Part shown: piece by piece, positions 7,783-18,014 of the stretch | How the letters are laid out: every line of letters begins with the position of its first letter | Numbering within the stretch: position 1 is the first letter of the stretch | Assembly (NCBI GenBank): GCA_001782235.1 | Contig: MFOC01000007.1 | Location: 251,909 to 315,908, forward strand | Length of the DNA: 64,000 nt | Direction of reading: 5' to 3' | From: Candidatus Levybacteria bacterium RIFCSPHIGHO2_02_FULL_40_18 | GTDB lineage: Bacteria > Patescibacteriota > Microgenomatia > Levybacterales > GWA1-39-11 | The notes under the pieces: generated by a model | What the model was told of the DNA's origin: nothing | What the model saw: only the letters and a program-made list of their open reading frames with translations | Database searches by the model: none | Translations under genes and position numbers: made by a program

Positions 7783-10194
7783 ATGAAAAGATCGTCAAAA
7801 ACGCTTCAAATTAACGGAACAACCTTAACACTTGAAACCGGCGTACTTGCACAACAAGCAACGGCTTCGGTTTTGGGCAGGATGGGAGATACAATGGTGG
7901 TTGCAACCGTTGTAATGGGTCGTGAAGATTCAACTTTAGGATATTTTCCTCTCAGTGTTGAGTATGTAGAAAGGCTTTATGCTGGAGGAAGAATAAAGGG
8001 GAGCCGTTGGGTAAAGCGTGAAGGAAGGCCGTCTGATGAAGCAATTCTAACGGCACGAATGATTGACCGTTCAATTCGCCCGCTTTTCCCAAAAGAACTT
8101 AAAAAGGATGTTCAGGTAGTTATAACCGTATTGTCTGTGGATCAGGAGAATAAACCCGATATATTGGCAGTAAACACTACCGTGGCAGCGCTGGCGATAT
8201 CAAAAATTCCGTGGGGGGGACCGATCGGAGCAACAAGGATAGGATTAGTATCAAAAGGTGAACAGCAGGAATTCATTGTGAATCCGACAGCATCAGAGGA
8301 GGAGCTATTGGAGCTCGATCTTATTGTTTCGTCCCGGCGCGACCGAACAGTTATGCTTGAGGCAGGAGCAAAACAAATAAGAGAGGATTTGGTTGAGCAG
8401 GGTATTAAAATGGCAGGAGAGTGGAACAATAAAATTGTTGACTTAATTGAACAATGGGCTGAAGAGGTTGGGGAGAAAAAGATAGAACTTCCAAAAGATG
8501 AGAAAGCGGAGGAAGCAAGACTTCTAATTGAGAAGTCTTACAAAGACCGTATGCAAAAAATTATTTCGGAGGGTATAACTCGCGAAGTTGCCGGGGTTTT
8601 TGATGAAATTATTGACGAAATTGAGGAGCTTGAAAAAGAAACTATTGAGCCCCGCGAAAAAATTGCCGAAGCCGTAGATTACGTATTCAAAAAGGCTGTT
8701 CGAGACATGATTCTTTCCGAAGGAAAAAGACCGGACGGAAGGAAACTTGATGAGATTCGCCCGGTAACAGCCGCAGTTGGCGTTTTGCCAAGAACACACG
8801 GTTCGGCAATTTTTTCAAGGGGCGAAACTCAATCTTTAACAGTTGCGACACTGGGTCCCTCTTCTTTGGAGCAGCTTATTGAAGGGCCGGAAGGGGAAGA
8901 AACTAAGCGATATATGCACCATTACTCCTTTCCCCCATACTCGGTTGGCGAGGTGGGAAGGCTTGGATCGCCTAACAGACGTGAGGTTGGGCACGGAGCG
9001 CTTGCCGAACGCGCGCTTGAACCTGTTATACCGCCTGTCTCGACATTTCCATATGCAATCCGTGTGGTATCTGAAATTATGTCTTCAAATGGTTCAACAT
9101 CTCAGGCTGCAGTTTGCGGCTCCACATTATCCCTGATGGACGCAGGTGTTCCTTTAGTTGCGCCGGTTGCAGGTATCGCGGTAGGACTAATGACCTCTGG
9201 TGAGAAATATGCTTTACTCACTGACATTATTGGTCTTGAGGATTTTTCAGGAGACATGGACTTTAAAGTTGCGGGGACAGAGAAAGGAATCACGGCAATA
9301 CAGCTTGATGTAAAAATTGAAGGATTAACAGAACAAATGATCTCAGAAACTTTAGTGGTGGCGCGTAAGGCAAGACTTGAAGTTCTTGATAAGATGCTTT
9401 CCGTTATTCCTGAGTCAAGAAAAGATGTTTCAAAATTTGCTCCAAAGATTAAGACCATTCAAATTAATCCTGAAAAAATAGGGGATGTCATAGGATCAGG
9501 GGGCAAGACTATTCGAAACATCTCGACTCAAACTGGCGCAACTGTAGATGTTGAGGAGGATGGGACCGTGTCTATTTCCTCATTGGATGAGGAGGCGGTT
9601 GAGAAGGCTGCTCATTGGGTGGACCTAATCACGCGGGAACTTCAAAAAGGAGAGGTTTTTGAAGGAACGGTTAAAAGAATTGTTAATTTTGGGGCATTTG
9701 TTGAAATAGTTCCGGGCAAAGAAGGGTTGGTACATGTGTCAGAAATGGCACCTGAGTACGTTAAAGATCCGCATGATGTTGTTGAGATAGGTCAAAAAGT
9801 TAAGGTAAACGTAAAAGAAATTGATGACGTAGGGAGGATTAATCTTTCAATGTTGTTCGGCGAAAGACCGGCAAGACCTGAAGGCAGTCCTGAGGGGTCG
9901 GACCGAGCCTTTGGCGAGGGAGACCGGCTGCGAGAGGAGCGAGACAGCGGTGGGAGCCGAACATTTCGACCTCGTGAAGAAAGATTCGAACGAGGCGAAA
10001 GACCGCCAAGAAGGAGCTTCGGAGGTCCGAGATCCTTCGATAGGACTCCCTTCGAAACTCAGGGCAGGCAGGGCAAGCGAGAAGGCGCAAGACCATTCAG
10101 ACCAGGCGGAAGACCATTTAGACGCGGTTCAAGACCTAGCGGTCCCGCGCCGTTTGATTCCCTCCGTCCAGGAGGGACCCGTACCCGAAGATAA
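7783..10194 (+). CDS. pnp: Polyribonucleotide nucleotidyltransferase with repeat-containing C-terminal tail
   Basis: RNase PH motifs (RTHGSAIFSRGETQ, SNGSTS, GDMDFKVAGT), KH and S1 domains. Confidence 0.97.
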   Translation: MKRSSKTLQINGTTLTLETGVLAQQATASVLGRMGDTMVVATVVMGREDSTLGYFPLSVEYVERLYAGGRIKGSRWVKREGRPSDEAILTARMIDRSIRPLFPKELKKDVQVVITVLSVDQENKPDILAVNTTVAALAISKIPWGGPIGATRIGLVSKGEQQEFIVNPTASEEELLELDLIVSSRRDRTVMLEAGAKQIREDLVEQGIKMAGEWNNKIVDLIEQWAEEVGEKKIELPKDEKAEEARLLIEKSYKDRMQKIISEGITREVAGVFDEIIDEIEELEKETIEPREKIAEAVDYVFKKAVRDMILSEGKRPDGRKLDEIRPVTAAVGVLPRTHGSAIFSRGETQSLTVATLGPSSLEQLIEGPEGEETKRYMHHYSFPPYSVGEVGRLGSPNRREVGHGALAERALEPVIPPVSTFPYAIRVVSEIMSSNGSTSQAAVCGSTLSLMDAGVPLVAPVAGIAVGLMTSGEKYALLTDIIGLEDFSGDMDFKVAGTEKGITAIQLDVKIEGLTEQMISETLVVARKARLEVLDKMLSVIPESRKDVSKFAPKIKTIQINPEKIGDVIGSGGKTIRNISTQTGATVDVEEDGTVSISSLDEEAVEKAAHWVDLITRELQKGEVFEGTVKRIVNFGAFVEIVPGKEGLVHVSEMAPEYVKDPHDVVEIGQKVKVNVKEIDDVGRINLSMLFGERPARPEGSPEGSDRAFGEGDRLREERDSGGSRTFRPREERFERGERPPRRSFGGPRSFDRTPFETQGRQGKREGARPFRPGGRPFRRGSRPSGPAPFDSLRPGGTRTRR

Positions 10195-10214
10195 CCTGCC
10201 TGCCGGCAGGCAGG
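10195..10214. repeat. Perfect 20-bp palindrome CCTGCCTGCCGGCAGGCAGG, copy 2
   Basis: Identical to 7198-7217. Confidence 0.9.
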
Positions 10215-10253
10215 GTCTTGTCCGCCCTAAAATTTTAGTGTTATACTTTTTGT

Positions 10254-11426
10254 ATGGACCCTTCATCACCCCGCCTTGACGGGGCTCCTGTCTTCGATGA
10301 TATTCAGGGCAAGCCCGTGGATAGTTCGTCTGTTGATCAAAACAGTAAATCTTCAGGCGGGGATTTTAGCGTCGATGATCAATTGAAAAAGCTTGAAGAT
10401 TCAATTAATGCCGCATCCATGCCGCAAGATCTTCATGATAAGGCAACTGCAATGCTTAACCGCTTAAAACTCATAAAAAATGATACCGGTTTCTTCATGG
10501 AATATGATTCGATCGGGCGCTATATTGAGTGGATCGTTAATCTACCATGGAACAAGAATTCGCAAGATATTTTGGATTTGGCCCATGCGCGCTCGACTTT
10601 AGATTCAACTCACTACGGACTCGGTGAAGTAAAAGAAAAAATAGAGGAATATTTATCAATCATGATTTTAAAAAACAAGCGAGGTTTAAATACCGCAGAG
10701 CAATTTGCTCGCGCGCCAATAATTTCATTAGTTGGTTTGGTGGGCGTTGGAAAAACAACCATTGCCTACTCAATTGCCGATGCTATTGGTCGCAAAATCG
10801 AGCGTATTCCTTTTGGAGGTATGGGTTCACCGGCGCAGCTTCGGGGAAAAACAAGGCTATTTCCGGATGCCGAGCCTGGACTTGTGGTAAAAGCATTAAG
10901 GCGGGCCGGAACAAATAATCCGGTACTTCTTTTTGATGAAATCGACCGAGTATCGTCTGAGGCCCGCGCAGACATAATGGGAGTACTGGTTGAGCTTTTG
11001 GATCCTGTTCAGAACAAGGCTTTTGTTGATCATTTTATTGATTATCCAGTTGATTTATCGAACGTTTTATTCATTGTTACTTCGAATAATACCAAGGACA
11101 TTTCAACTGCCGTAATTGACAGACTTGAAATTATTCAGATGCCCTCATATACGGATCAGGAAAAAATTACTATTGCCAAAAATTATATGTTCCCAAAAAT
11201 TCTAAAAGAATCGGGCATGACAGAAAAAGATCTCGTAATTGATGATAATGTTTGGGAGACAATTGTGAGGCCTTTAGGTTATGATCCGGGAATAAGAGGA
11301 CTTGAAAGAAATTTGCAGGGATTAGTCAGAAAAGTTGTATATTATATGTTGCTGGGCAAATTGCCTTTTAGTCAAACCTTTCATCTAACGGCGCAAAATG
11401 TCAAAGAGTTCGTGTCGCAATGGTAA
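10254..11426 (+). CDS. Lon-like AAA+ ATPase without protease domain
   Basis: LPW, HYGLGEVKEKI, Walker A GLVGVGKT, NPVLLFDEID, ELLDPVQN; ends before the Ser-Lys protease domain. Confidence 0.8.
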   Translation: MDPSSPRLDGAPVFDDIQGKPVDSSSVDQNSKSSGGDFSVDDQLKKLEDSINAASMPQDLHDKATAMLNRLKLIKNDTGFFMEYDSIGRYIEWIVNLPWNKNSQDILDLAHARSTLDSTHYGLGEVKEKIEEYLSIMILKNKRGLNTAEQFARAPIISLVGLVGVGKTTIAYSIADAIGRKIERIPFGGMGSPAQLRGKTRLFPDAEPGLVVKALRRAGTNNPVLLFDEIDRVSSEARADIMGVLVELLDPVQNKAFVDHFIDYPVDLSNVLFIVTSNNTKDISTAVIDRLEIIQMPSYTDQEKITIAKNYMFPKILKESGMTEKDLVIDDNVWETIVRPLGYDPGIRGLERNLQGLVRKVVYYMLLGKLPFSQTFHLTAQNVKEFVSQW

Positions 11427-11427
11427 A

Positions 11428-11485
11428 GTTTAGCTTTTGGCGCTTGGCGTTTAGCTAATAGCTAACAGCCAATGGCTAATGGCAA
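11428..11485. repeat. Heptamer inverted-repeat element (family C, TTGGC/GCTAA)
   Basis: tagcttttggcgcttggcgtttagctaatagctaacagccaatggctaa; similar at 27384, 52594, 53563, 55287. Confidence 0.75.
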
Positions 11486-11491
11486 AATATT

Positions 11492-13162
11492 ATGGATAGT
11501 TTATCTTTTATTTCTTTGGGGGGGGTTGGGGATGTTACAAAAAATATGTCCGTCTATCAATTCGGAAATGAAATACTTCTCGTTGATTGCGGGATAGGGT
11601 TTGTTGACGAATCAATGCCCGGAGTTGATTTGGTTATCCCAAATGTTTCGTATCTGAAAGGCACGAACCCTTCGACAAGCTCAGGGCAAGCTAAAAAAAT
11701 TGTTGGAATGATTCTTACGCACGGGCATGAGGATCATATTGGAGCCTTGCCCTTTATTTTACCGCTCCTTCCTAGCTTTCCAATTTATGCCTCAACATTA
11801 ACTGCCGCACTTGCCAATGAGAAACTCGCAGAATTTGGGGAGAAGAATACTGTCCAGACCGTTCGTTTTGACGATACGGTAAAACTTGGATCATTTTCTG
11901 TTTCTTTTGCCCGTGTTACGCATTCAATAATTGACGCTGCGAATTTATTAATTAGGACTCCCGTTGGGAATTTTTATCATGGGAGCGATTACAAATTCGA
12001 CTTTACGCCGGTTGACGGCCGCGCGAGCGAAATTAGAAAAATTGCAAAATGGGGAGAGGAAGGGATTTTGTGTACTCTCTCAGACTGCTTAGGAGCAGAG
12101 CGACCCGGACATTCAAAATCGGAACTTTCTATAAGTGAGAGTTTTGATGATGAGGTTAGGAAGACTCGCGGGAAAGTGTTTATAACAACCTACTCGTCCA
12201 ATATCTCAAGAATGAATCAGGCAATTGAGATTGCAAGAAAGTACGGAAGAAAAGTTTGTTTTATGGGAAGGTCATTTTTGAAGTCTCGTGATGTTGGGAG
12301 AAAATTAAAATATTTGGATTTACCCATGAAGTCAGAAATAAGACCTCAGGATGTAAGACGAGTTCCCCCCAATCAAGTCCTACTGCTTGTAGCAGGTAGC
12401 CAAGCTCAGATTGAATCGGCACTCGTCCGAATCGCGGAAGATCAAGACAAGGATATTAGAATTCAAAAAGGGGATGCGGTTATTTTTTCTGCAGATCCTA
12501 TCCCTGGCAATGAAGCAAGCATCCACAGCCTAATTGATACAATTTCAAAAAAAGAAGCAAAGGTCGTATACTCTGAGATTACCGACGAATTTCATGTTTC
12601 AGGGCATGGTTCCCAGAATGATTTAAAACTACTACTTTCGTTAACTAATCCAAAATTCGTTCTGCCAATTGGAGGAACTTATCGCCAGATGATTGCCTAT
12701 CGGGAATTGGCTCGAGAGATGGGATACGCAGACGACAGGATACTTTTTGCGGATAACTCTCGAGAGGTTATTTTTTCCCAAAGTGGAGCAAGATTTGGAA
12801 AGCAAATAATTCTTCCCCATGTCTTTGTTGATCAAATATCTGGCGAAACTGTCGAGAAATATGTTGTTATGGATAGGCAAAAAATAGCAGAGGAGGGAGT
12901 AATAATCGTAATTGTTGAGATTGATTCCCAGACAGGGCAGCTAATGGGGAATCCGGACGCAATTATGCGAGGAATGACCTTCCCCGCTAAGGAAGTATTC
13001 TTGAAAAAACTTTCAGACAGTTTAAATAAAGCTTTTTCAGGAAGGCGCGAGCCGGTTACAAACTGGCTGTTTTACAGAAGAACTCTCCAGCAGCGTGCCG
13101 AAGAACTTTTATTCCAAGACCGCCGCGAGCCCCTGGTCGTCCCCGTAGTATTGGAAATCTAG
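11492..13162 (+). CDS. rnj: Ribonuclease J
   Basis: LGGVGDVTKNM, THGHEDHIG, FHVSGHG. Confidence 0.95.
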   Translation: MDSLSFISLGGVGDVTKNMSVYQFGNEILLVDCGIGFVDESMPGVDLVIPNVSYLKGTNPSTSSGQAKKIVGMILTHGHEDHIGALPFILPLLPSFPIYASTLTAALANEKLAEFGEKNTVQTVRFDDTVKLGSFSVSFARVTHSIIDAANLLIRTPVGNFYHGSDYKFDFTPVDGRASEIRKIAKWGEEGILCTLSDCLGAERPGHSKSELSISESFDDEVRKTRGKVFITTYSSNISRMNQAIEIARKYGRKVCFMGRSFLKSRDVGRKLKYLDLPMKSEIRPQDVRRVPPNQVLLLVAGSQAQIESALVRIAEDQDKDIRIQKGDAVIFSADPIPGNEASIHSLIDTISKKEAKVVYSEITDEFHVSGHGSQNDLKLLLSLTNPKFVLPIGGTYRQMIAYRELAREMGYADDRILFADNSREVIFSQSGARFGKQIILPHVFVDQISGETVEKYVVMDRQKIAEEGVIIVIVEIDSQTGQLMGNPDAIMRGMTFPAKEVFLKKLSDSLNKAFSGRREPVTNWLFYRRTLQQRAEELLFQDRREPLVVPVVLEI

Positions 13163-13170
13163 CGAAATAC

Positions 13171-13296
13171 TAGTTTGGGTCAAAGGGTATGGTTGGGGCA
13201 GCTTGTATGGTAAGAGGGTGTGGTGTTCGGTAAATTTGACCTAAGACTCAAACCATGCCCATACCGGCAGCCCAACCTTAACCCCAATGCCCCAAG
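13171..13296. repeat. G-rich/C-rich imperfect inverted repeat between rnj and ftsK
   Basis: tttgggtcaaa...tttgacctaag; ggtatggttggggc versus gcccaacc/ccatgccc arms. Confidence 0.55.
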
Positions 13297-13315
13297 TTTG
13301 TTGTATAATCTTAGT

Positions 13316-15403
13316 ATGGCAAGACGGCATTATAAGAGAAGGCATATTTTCAAATTAAGGCTTAGAAAAACCACAATTTATACTCTTTTTTCGATTCTCT
13401 CGATTGCCGCGAGCGCAGTTTTATTTGCTTCCTATACGCAAAGTAACGAAATACTTTCTGACATAAACCTTTATTTAACTTCATATTTTGGATGGCTTTC
13501 ATTCCTTATTCCCGTGAACATAATTTTATTCGGTCTGCTCCTGACTCGGATAAGGTCCTCATTCACCCGGGCAAATGTTTTTTTTGGATTTGTACTTTTG
13601 TCTATTGCGCTATCAGGGTTCTTTCAATCAGGTTTTGCCGGGCAACAAATTTTTGAGGTGGCAGTTTCTATTTTCGGAACCGCGCTTTCTATCATATTCT
13701 TTATTGCGGCTATTTTAGTTGGGCTGGTTGTATTTTTGAATCTTTCTCTTTCTCAGGTTTTTGAGGTGGTCACGTCCTCAATTAAAGGTACATTTCTTGT
13801 AGGCAAGAAGCTTGCACCTTTGTTTAAGTCTAAAAAACAGCCTGGCGTATCTGATATGCAGCAGATCACAATTAAAGGGCTCAAAGAGCCTATTCGAGAA
13901 GAACTTCCCAAGCAGCTGCCAAAACCTCTCGGGAAGAAAGAAATGGCGGACGAATTGGTTTTAAACAAGCCTCTTGAAATGGGAGTGTGGGAATATCCGC
14001 CCTTGTCACTTCTTTCGGTGCATGCGGGAAGGCGCGATACGGGAGACGTGAAGCAAATTGCAGGAAAAATTGAAGAGACGCTTCAGTCCTTTGGGATAAA
14101 AGGCCGTGTTTCCGAGGTTAATATAGGGCCTTCTGTTACCCAATATGCCTTAGAGATTGCTCAAGGTACAAGGCTTTCAAAGATTACGGCACTTGCAAAT
14201 GACTTGGCACTCCGAACAGAAGCACCAACCGGTCAAATAAGAATTGAGGCCCCAATTCCCGGACGAAATCTAGTAGGAATAGAAATTCCAAATAGATCTC
14301 TTGAGATCGTCTCCCTTAAGAATATGCTAGCATCAGATCCGATGGAAAAGACAAAATCAAAGCTTTCGGTGCCGTTAGGTCTTGATGTCTCGGGCAATAC
14401 TATTGTTGCCGATATTGCGAGAATGCCGCATGTTTTAATAGCAGGAACAACAGGTTCCGGAAAGTCAGTTTTAATAAATGCAGTAATCTCGACAGTTTTG
14501 TTTCGAGCATCGCCTTCAGAAGTTAAGCTTATACTTATAGATCCAAAAAGGGTAGAATTGACGGCATATTCCGGAATTCCTCACCTTTTAACCCCCGTTG
14601 TTGTTGAAGTAGAAAAAGCAGTTTCGGCTCTGAAATGGGCGATGAAAGAGATGGATCGTCGATATGTTCAGTTTCAAGACTCGGGAGTTAAAAACATTGA
14701 TTCATATAATGAACTTGCGGGATTTCAGGCACTCCCTTATATCGTAATCTTAATTGACGAGCTTGCCGATTTGATGTCTCTTGCCCCGGTTGAAGTTGAG
14801 GATACGGTTGCCCGCTTAGCGCAAATGGCACGTGCCACCGGTATTCATCTGGTTTTGTCAACCCAGCGGCCTTCAGTCGATGTTTTAACAGGTTTAATTA
14901 AGGCTAATATTCCATGCAGAATTTCATTTAATGTGTCATCCATGGTTGACAGCAAAGTTATTATTGATCAGTCGGGTGCCGAGAAACTCTTAGGTCGCGG
15001 AGATATGCTTTACGTTCCGCCTGATCAAGCAAAACCAACTAGAATTCAAGGGACTTTTGTGTCAGAGCAGGATGTAAAGCGCGTTGTAAACTTTATTAAA
15101 TCACGCGGAATTCCGGTCCAGTACACGAGAGATGTAGTAGAACAGCAAGTTAATCTAAAGCGAGGATTTGGCAGGACTAGTGACGGAGGCCGAGATGATC
15201 TTTTTGAACAAGCGGTAAGAATTGTTTGCGCACATGACAGGGCCTCTTCATCACTTCTTCAGAGAAGATTATCTATTGGTTTTAATAGGGCGGCGCGAAT
15301 TCTTGAGCAACTTGAAGAAGCAGGAGTTGTTGGTCCGGGAGAAGGTTCAAAACCAAGAGACGTTTTGATTCGTGATCCCGAGCAATTCCTTGCCCAACAA
15401 TAA
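13316..15403 (+). CDS. ftsK: DNA translocase FtsK/SpoIIIE (start moved to ATG 13316)
   Basis: N-terminal TMs, IRIEAPIPG, PHVLIAGTTGSGKS, DELADLM, QRPSVDV, gamma domain. Confidence 0.95.
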   Translation: MARRHYKRRHIFKLRLRKTTIYTLFSILSIAASAVLFASYTQSNEILSDINLYLTSYFGWLSFLIPVNIILFGLLLTRIRSSFTRANVFFGFVLLSIALSGFFQSGFAGQQIFEVAVSIFGTALSIIFFIAAILVGLVVFLNLSLSQVFEVVTSSIKGTFLVGKKLAPLFKSKKQPGVSDMQQITIKGLKEPIREELPKQLPKPLGKKEMADELVLNKPLEMGVWEYPPLSLLSVHAGRRDTGDVKQIAGKIEETLQSFGIKGRVSEVNIGPSVTQYALEIAQGTRLSKITALANDLALRTEAPTGQIRIEAPIPGRNLVGIEIPNRSLEIVSLKNMLASDPMEKTKSKLSVPLGLDVSGNTIVADIARMPHVLIAGTTGSGKSVLINAVISTVLFRASPSEVKLILIDPKRVELTAYSGIPHLLTPVVVEVEKAVSALKWAMKEMDRRYVQFQDSGVKNIDSYNELAGFQALPYIVILIDELADLMSLAPVEVEDTVARLAQMARATGIHLVLSTQRPSVDVLTGLIKANIPCRISFNVSSMVDSKVIIDQSGAEKLLGRGDMLYVPPDQAKPTRIQGTFVSEQDVKRVVNFIKSRGIPVQYTRDVVEQQVNLKRGFGRTSDGGRDDLFEQAVRIVCAHDRASSSLLQRRLSIGFNRAARILEQLEEAGVVGPGEGSKPRDVLIRDPEQFLAQQ

Positions 15404-15404
15404 C

Positions 15405-15474
15405 AAATAGCTAAAATAGCTACATGGCTGCATGGTTTCAAAACCATTCTAACCATTTTAACCATGTAACCATG
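15405..15474. repeat. 8/9-mer inverted-repeat element (family D)
   Basis: aaatagctaaaatagctacatggctgcatggtt...aaccattctaaccattttaaccatgtaaccat; similar at 16868, 21592, 51435. Confidence 0.75.
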
Positions 15475-15482
15475 TGTCTTTT

Positions 15483-16112
15483 ATGAGGAAGGTTAGCGAT
15501 ATATTAAGACAAAAAAGAGAAGAAAAGGAGTTGGATCTTGATACTGTTTCTAGCGATACAAAAATAAAGAAAGAGTTTCTTGCCGCAATCGAAGAAGGTA
15601 ATTTTCAAAAGCTTCCCTCGGGAAGTTATGCGTTGGGTTTTGTTAAAAACTACGCGAAATATCTGGGTATTTATGATTCGTCAATTGCGCCTTTGTTTCG
15701 AAGAGAGTATAAATCATCGCGTAATATTCCAATAGTGCCTGAATTTAGAAAAACTCAACATAAATTTGGCAAAAATTTTTTTTTAAATTCCCGCAGTTTT
15801 CTGATCATAGCCGTAATTTTTGTAATACTGGGATACATATTTTTCCAATATAACTCCATAATTTATTCTCCGCGGCTTTCGGTCACAAAACCTCAGGCAG
15901 GACAAGAAATTACGGGAAATGTTGTTGAGGTTGAGGGTAAAACTAACCCGTACGCAACTGTCTTAATTGATGGAGACGAGGCCTATGTAACACTTTCTGG
16001 GGATTTTAAAAAATCAATTTTTGTTTTCTCAGGCAACAAGAAAATAGAAATTGTCGCAAAAAACCGATTCGGAAAAGAGTCCCGCAAGGAGATCAACATC
16101 AAGGTTAAATAA
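15483..16112 (+). CDS. RodZ-like HTH membrane protein
   Basis: TKIKKEFLAAIEEG, YALGFVKNYAKYLG, single TM, Ig-like C-terminus; after ftsK. Confidence 0.75.
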   Translation: MRKVSDILRQKREEKELDLDTVSSDTKIKKEFLAAIEEGNFQKLPSGSYALGFVKNYAKYLGIYDSSIAPLFRREYKSSRNIPIVPEFRKTQHKFGKNFFLNSRSFLIIAVIFVILGYIFFQYNSIIYSPRLSVTKPQAGQEITGNVVEVEGKTNPYATVLIDGDEAYVTLSGDFKKSIFVFSGNKKIEIVAKNRFGKESRKEINIKVK

Positions 16113-16223
16113 GTTATAAGTTTTAAGTTGTAAGATGTAAGTAATTTCTTAAATCATAAATCTTACATCTTAGATACTAACTTCATTCTTGCTTTTAAGC
16201 TTATTTCGTGATAATTTAGTAGC

Positions 16224-16484
16224 ATGGTTGATCCTGTCCAGGCAGTACTACTTGTTGTTATTGTCCTTTTGACCCTCCTCCTTCTTGTTTTAGGTGTTCA
16301 AATCTTTTTTATTTTAAAAGAGCTAAGAAGAACCCTTTCTCACGCGACCCGTGTTCTTGAAAATACGGAAAGCATCACAGAATCGGTCTCAGAACCCATG
16401 TCCTTCTTTTCAGGCCTTCTTTTAAGCGCGAAATCTTTGAAGACAATTTCAAAGATTTTGAGGCGGGCAAAAGATGGGGAATAA
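16224..16484 (+). CDS. Small membrane protein (DUF948/YoxC-like)
   Basis: N-terminal TM then coiled coil; paired with YtxH-like gene. Confidence 0.5.
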   Translation: MVDPVQAVLLVVIVLLTLLLLVLGVQIFFILKELRRTLSHATRVLENTESITESVSEPMSFFSGLLLSAKSLKTISKILRRAKDGE

Positions 16485-16872
16485 ACATGACAAACACGGC
16501 TTTTACCCCGAGCGGGGTCGGGGGGGCAATGCTTTTTTATGGGGGCTTATAATTGGCGCTCTTCTTACTACTCTTTTAACCACAAAACGCGGAAGACTAA
16601 TCCTTAGAGAATTAACCAATTTAGGATTAGAACTATTTGAGGATTTTGCTGAGGAGAGAACGCGGGCAAGCAATACAAAAGGAAATTCCGAACCGGACAT
16701 AGAGGAGAGCCTTGAGGAGGAATCGGAGGACCTTGCTTCGGAAATTACGGAGGTTGAAACCCCGCCGGAAACACAAACAGAGACAAGATCAAATGGCCAG
16801 CCAAAGGCTGGTCCGCCTCTGGCGGACAATGGCCACAAAAAAAGATTGTTCCGCGGAATCAAGCGCAAATAG
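16474..16872 (+). CDS. YtxH-like membrane protein with two palindrome inserts
   Basis: FLWGLIIGALLTTLLTTKRGRLILREL resembles the YtxH N-terminus. Confidence 0.55.
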   Translation: MGNKHDKHGFYPERGRGGNAFLWGLIIGALLTTLLTTKRGRLILRELTNLGLELFEDFAEERTRASNTKGNSEPDIEESLEEESEDLASEITEVETPPETQTETRSNGQPKAGPPLADNGHKKRLFRGIKRK

Positions 16873-16967
16873 TTAAAATAGCTGAATAGCTACATGGCTT
16901 TTAACTATTTAACCATCCTAGCCATTTTAGCCATTTATCTTTGTCTTTGGTATAATACCCTCTATCC

Positions 16968-17954
16968 ATGAAAAAGGTCGTTGTGATTGGTGGTGGAACC
17001 GGGACATATACTGTCCTTTTATCACTTCGTCACAAGCCGTACGAGATCACCGCGCTTCTTACGATGGTAGACGACGGTGGATCGAATAAAGTCCTAAGAG
17101 ACGAGTTCGGTTTGCTTCCGACTTCTGGTGTAAGACTTGCAATGGTTGCACTTTCTTCAAGACCTTCTCTTTTGCGAGAGCTTTTTTTATATCGATATCA
17201 CAAGGGACAGGGGATAAGTGGAATGACATTCGGGAATCTTTTTTTGGCAGCAGTAGCTGATATTGCAGGATCACAAGAAAAAGCAATCGAACAGACGTCT
17301 GAAATTTTAAAAGTAAAGGGTAAAATTCTTCCAATTTCTCATGAAGATGTCCGCCTTGTCGCTCAATACGAAAATGGACTTGAGGTTGTAGGAGAACATC
17401 AAATAGATGAACCCGAGCACGACGGAAAACTTAGGATAAAAAAGCTTTTTACTCGTCCTGCTGCAACTATAACTGAGAAGGCACGGGAAGAAATACTTAA
17501 TGCCGATGCTATTATCTTGGGCCCGGGAGATTTTTACACAAATACAATTGCAAACCTAGTAGTTAGTGGTGTTGTTGATGCGTTACTTGGGTCGAAAGCT
17601 CAGATTATTTTTATCATGAATTTGATGACTAAATATGGTGAGGCTTACAATTACCGCGCATCAACGTATTTTGAGGATCTTGTGCAGTATATGCCCGTTG
17701 AGCGAATCAACACTGTTTTATTAAATAATGATATGAAATTTCCTCCTGGAGCACTTGGGAAATATGAAGATGAACATTCAATTCCCGTGATGGACGATTT
17801 GGACGGACTATATCCGAATATGAAAGTCGTGCGGGCGCCTATTCTTTCAAGAAAAGAAGCAGATCCGCAAAAAGGAGACGTACTGAAAAGAAGCATGATT
17901 CGCCATGATTACAAAAAACTCGCAAAAGTTTTAGGCGAACTCATCGGCGAATGA
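16968..17954 (+). CDS. yvcK: YvcK/CofD-like UDP-GlcNAc-binding protein
   Basis: KVVVIGGGTG, MVDDGGS, ADAIILGPG, IRHD. Confidence 0.9.
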   Translation: MKKVVVIGGGTGTYTVLLSLRHKPYEITALLTMVDDGGSNKVLRDEFGLLPTSGVRLAMVALSSRPSLLRELFLYRYHKGQGISGMTFGNLFLAAVADIAGSQEKAIEQTSEILKVKGKILPISHEDVRLVAQYENGLEVVGEHQIDEPEHDGKLRIKKLFTRPAATITEKAREEILNADAIILGPGDFYTNTIANLVVSGVVDALLGSKAQIIFIMNLMTKYGEAYNYRASTYFEDLVQYMPVERINTVLLNNDMKFPPGALGKYEDEHSIPVMDDLDGLYPNMKVVRAPILSRKEADPQKGDVLKRSMIRHDYKKLAKVLGELIGE

Positions 17955-17992
17955 ACAAGAAAACGAAGGCAGCAGAGATTACCGGCAAATAA
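17951..17992 (+). pseudogene. Putative relic 5' end of a former nth allele
   Basis: ATGA overlap with yvcK stop; MNKKTKAAEIT aligns with Nth start MDTKIKALRIT (6/11 identical). Confidence 0.45.
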
Positions 17993-18014
17993 ATTTGAAA
18001 CAGGAAATCGGCTT

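Noticed and set aside
9911-10279. 122-aa ORF overlapping the pnp end
   Set aside because: Alternative frame through GC-rich repeat elements.
13220-13315. Upstream extensions in the ORF track (ftsK; also rpoC, fusA, tuf, rplD, rpsC, rpsN, rpsM)
   Set aside because: They run through repeats, promoters or the previous gene; downstream ATGs fit known N-termini.
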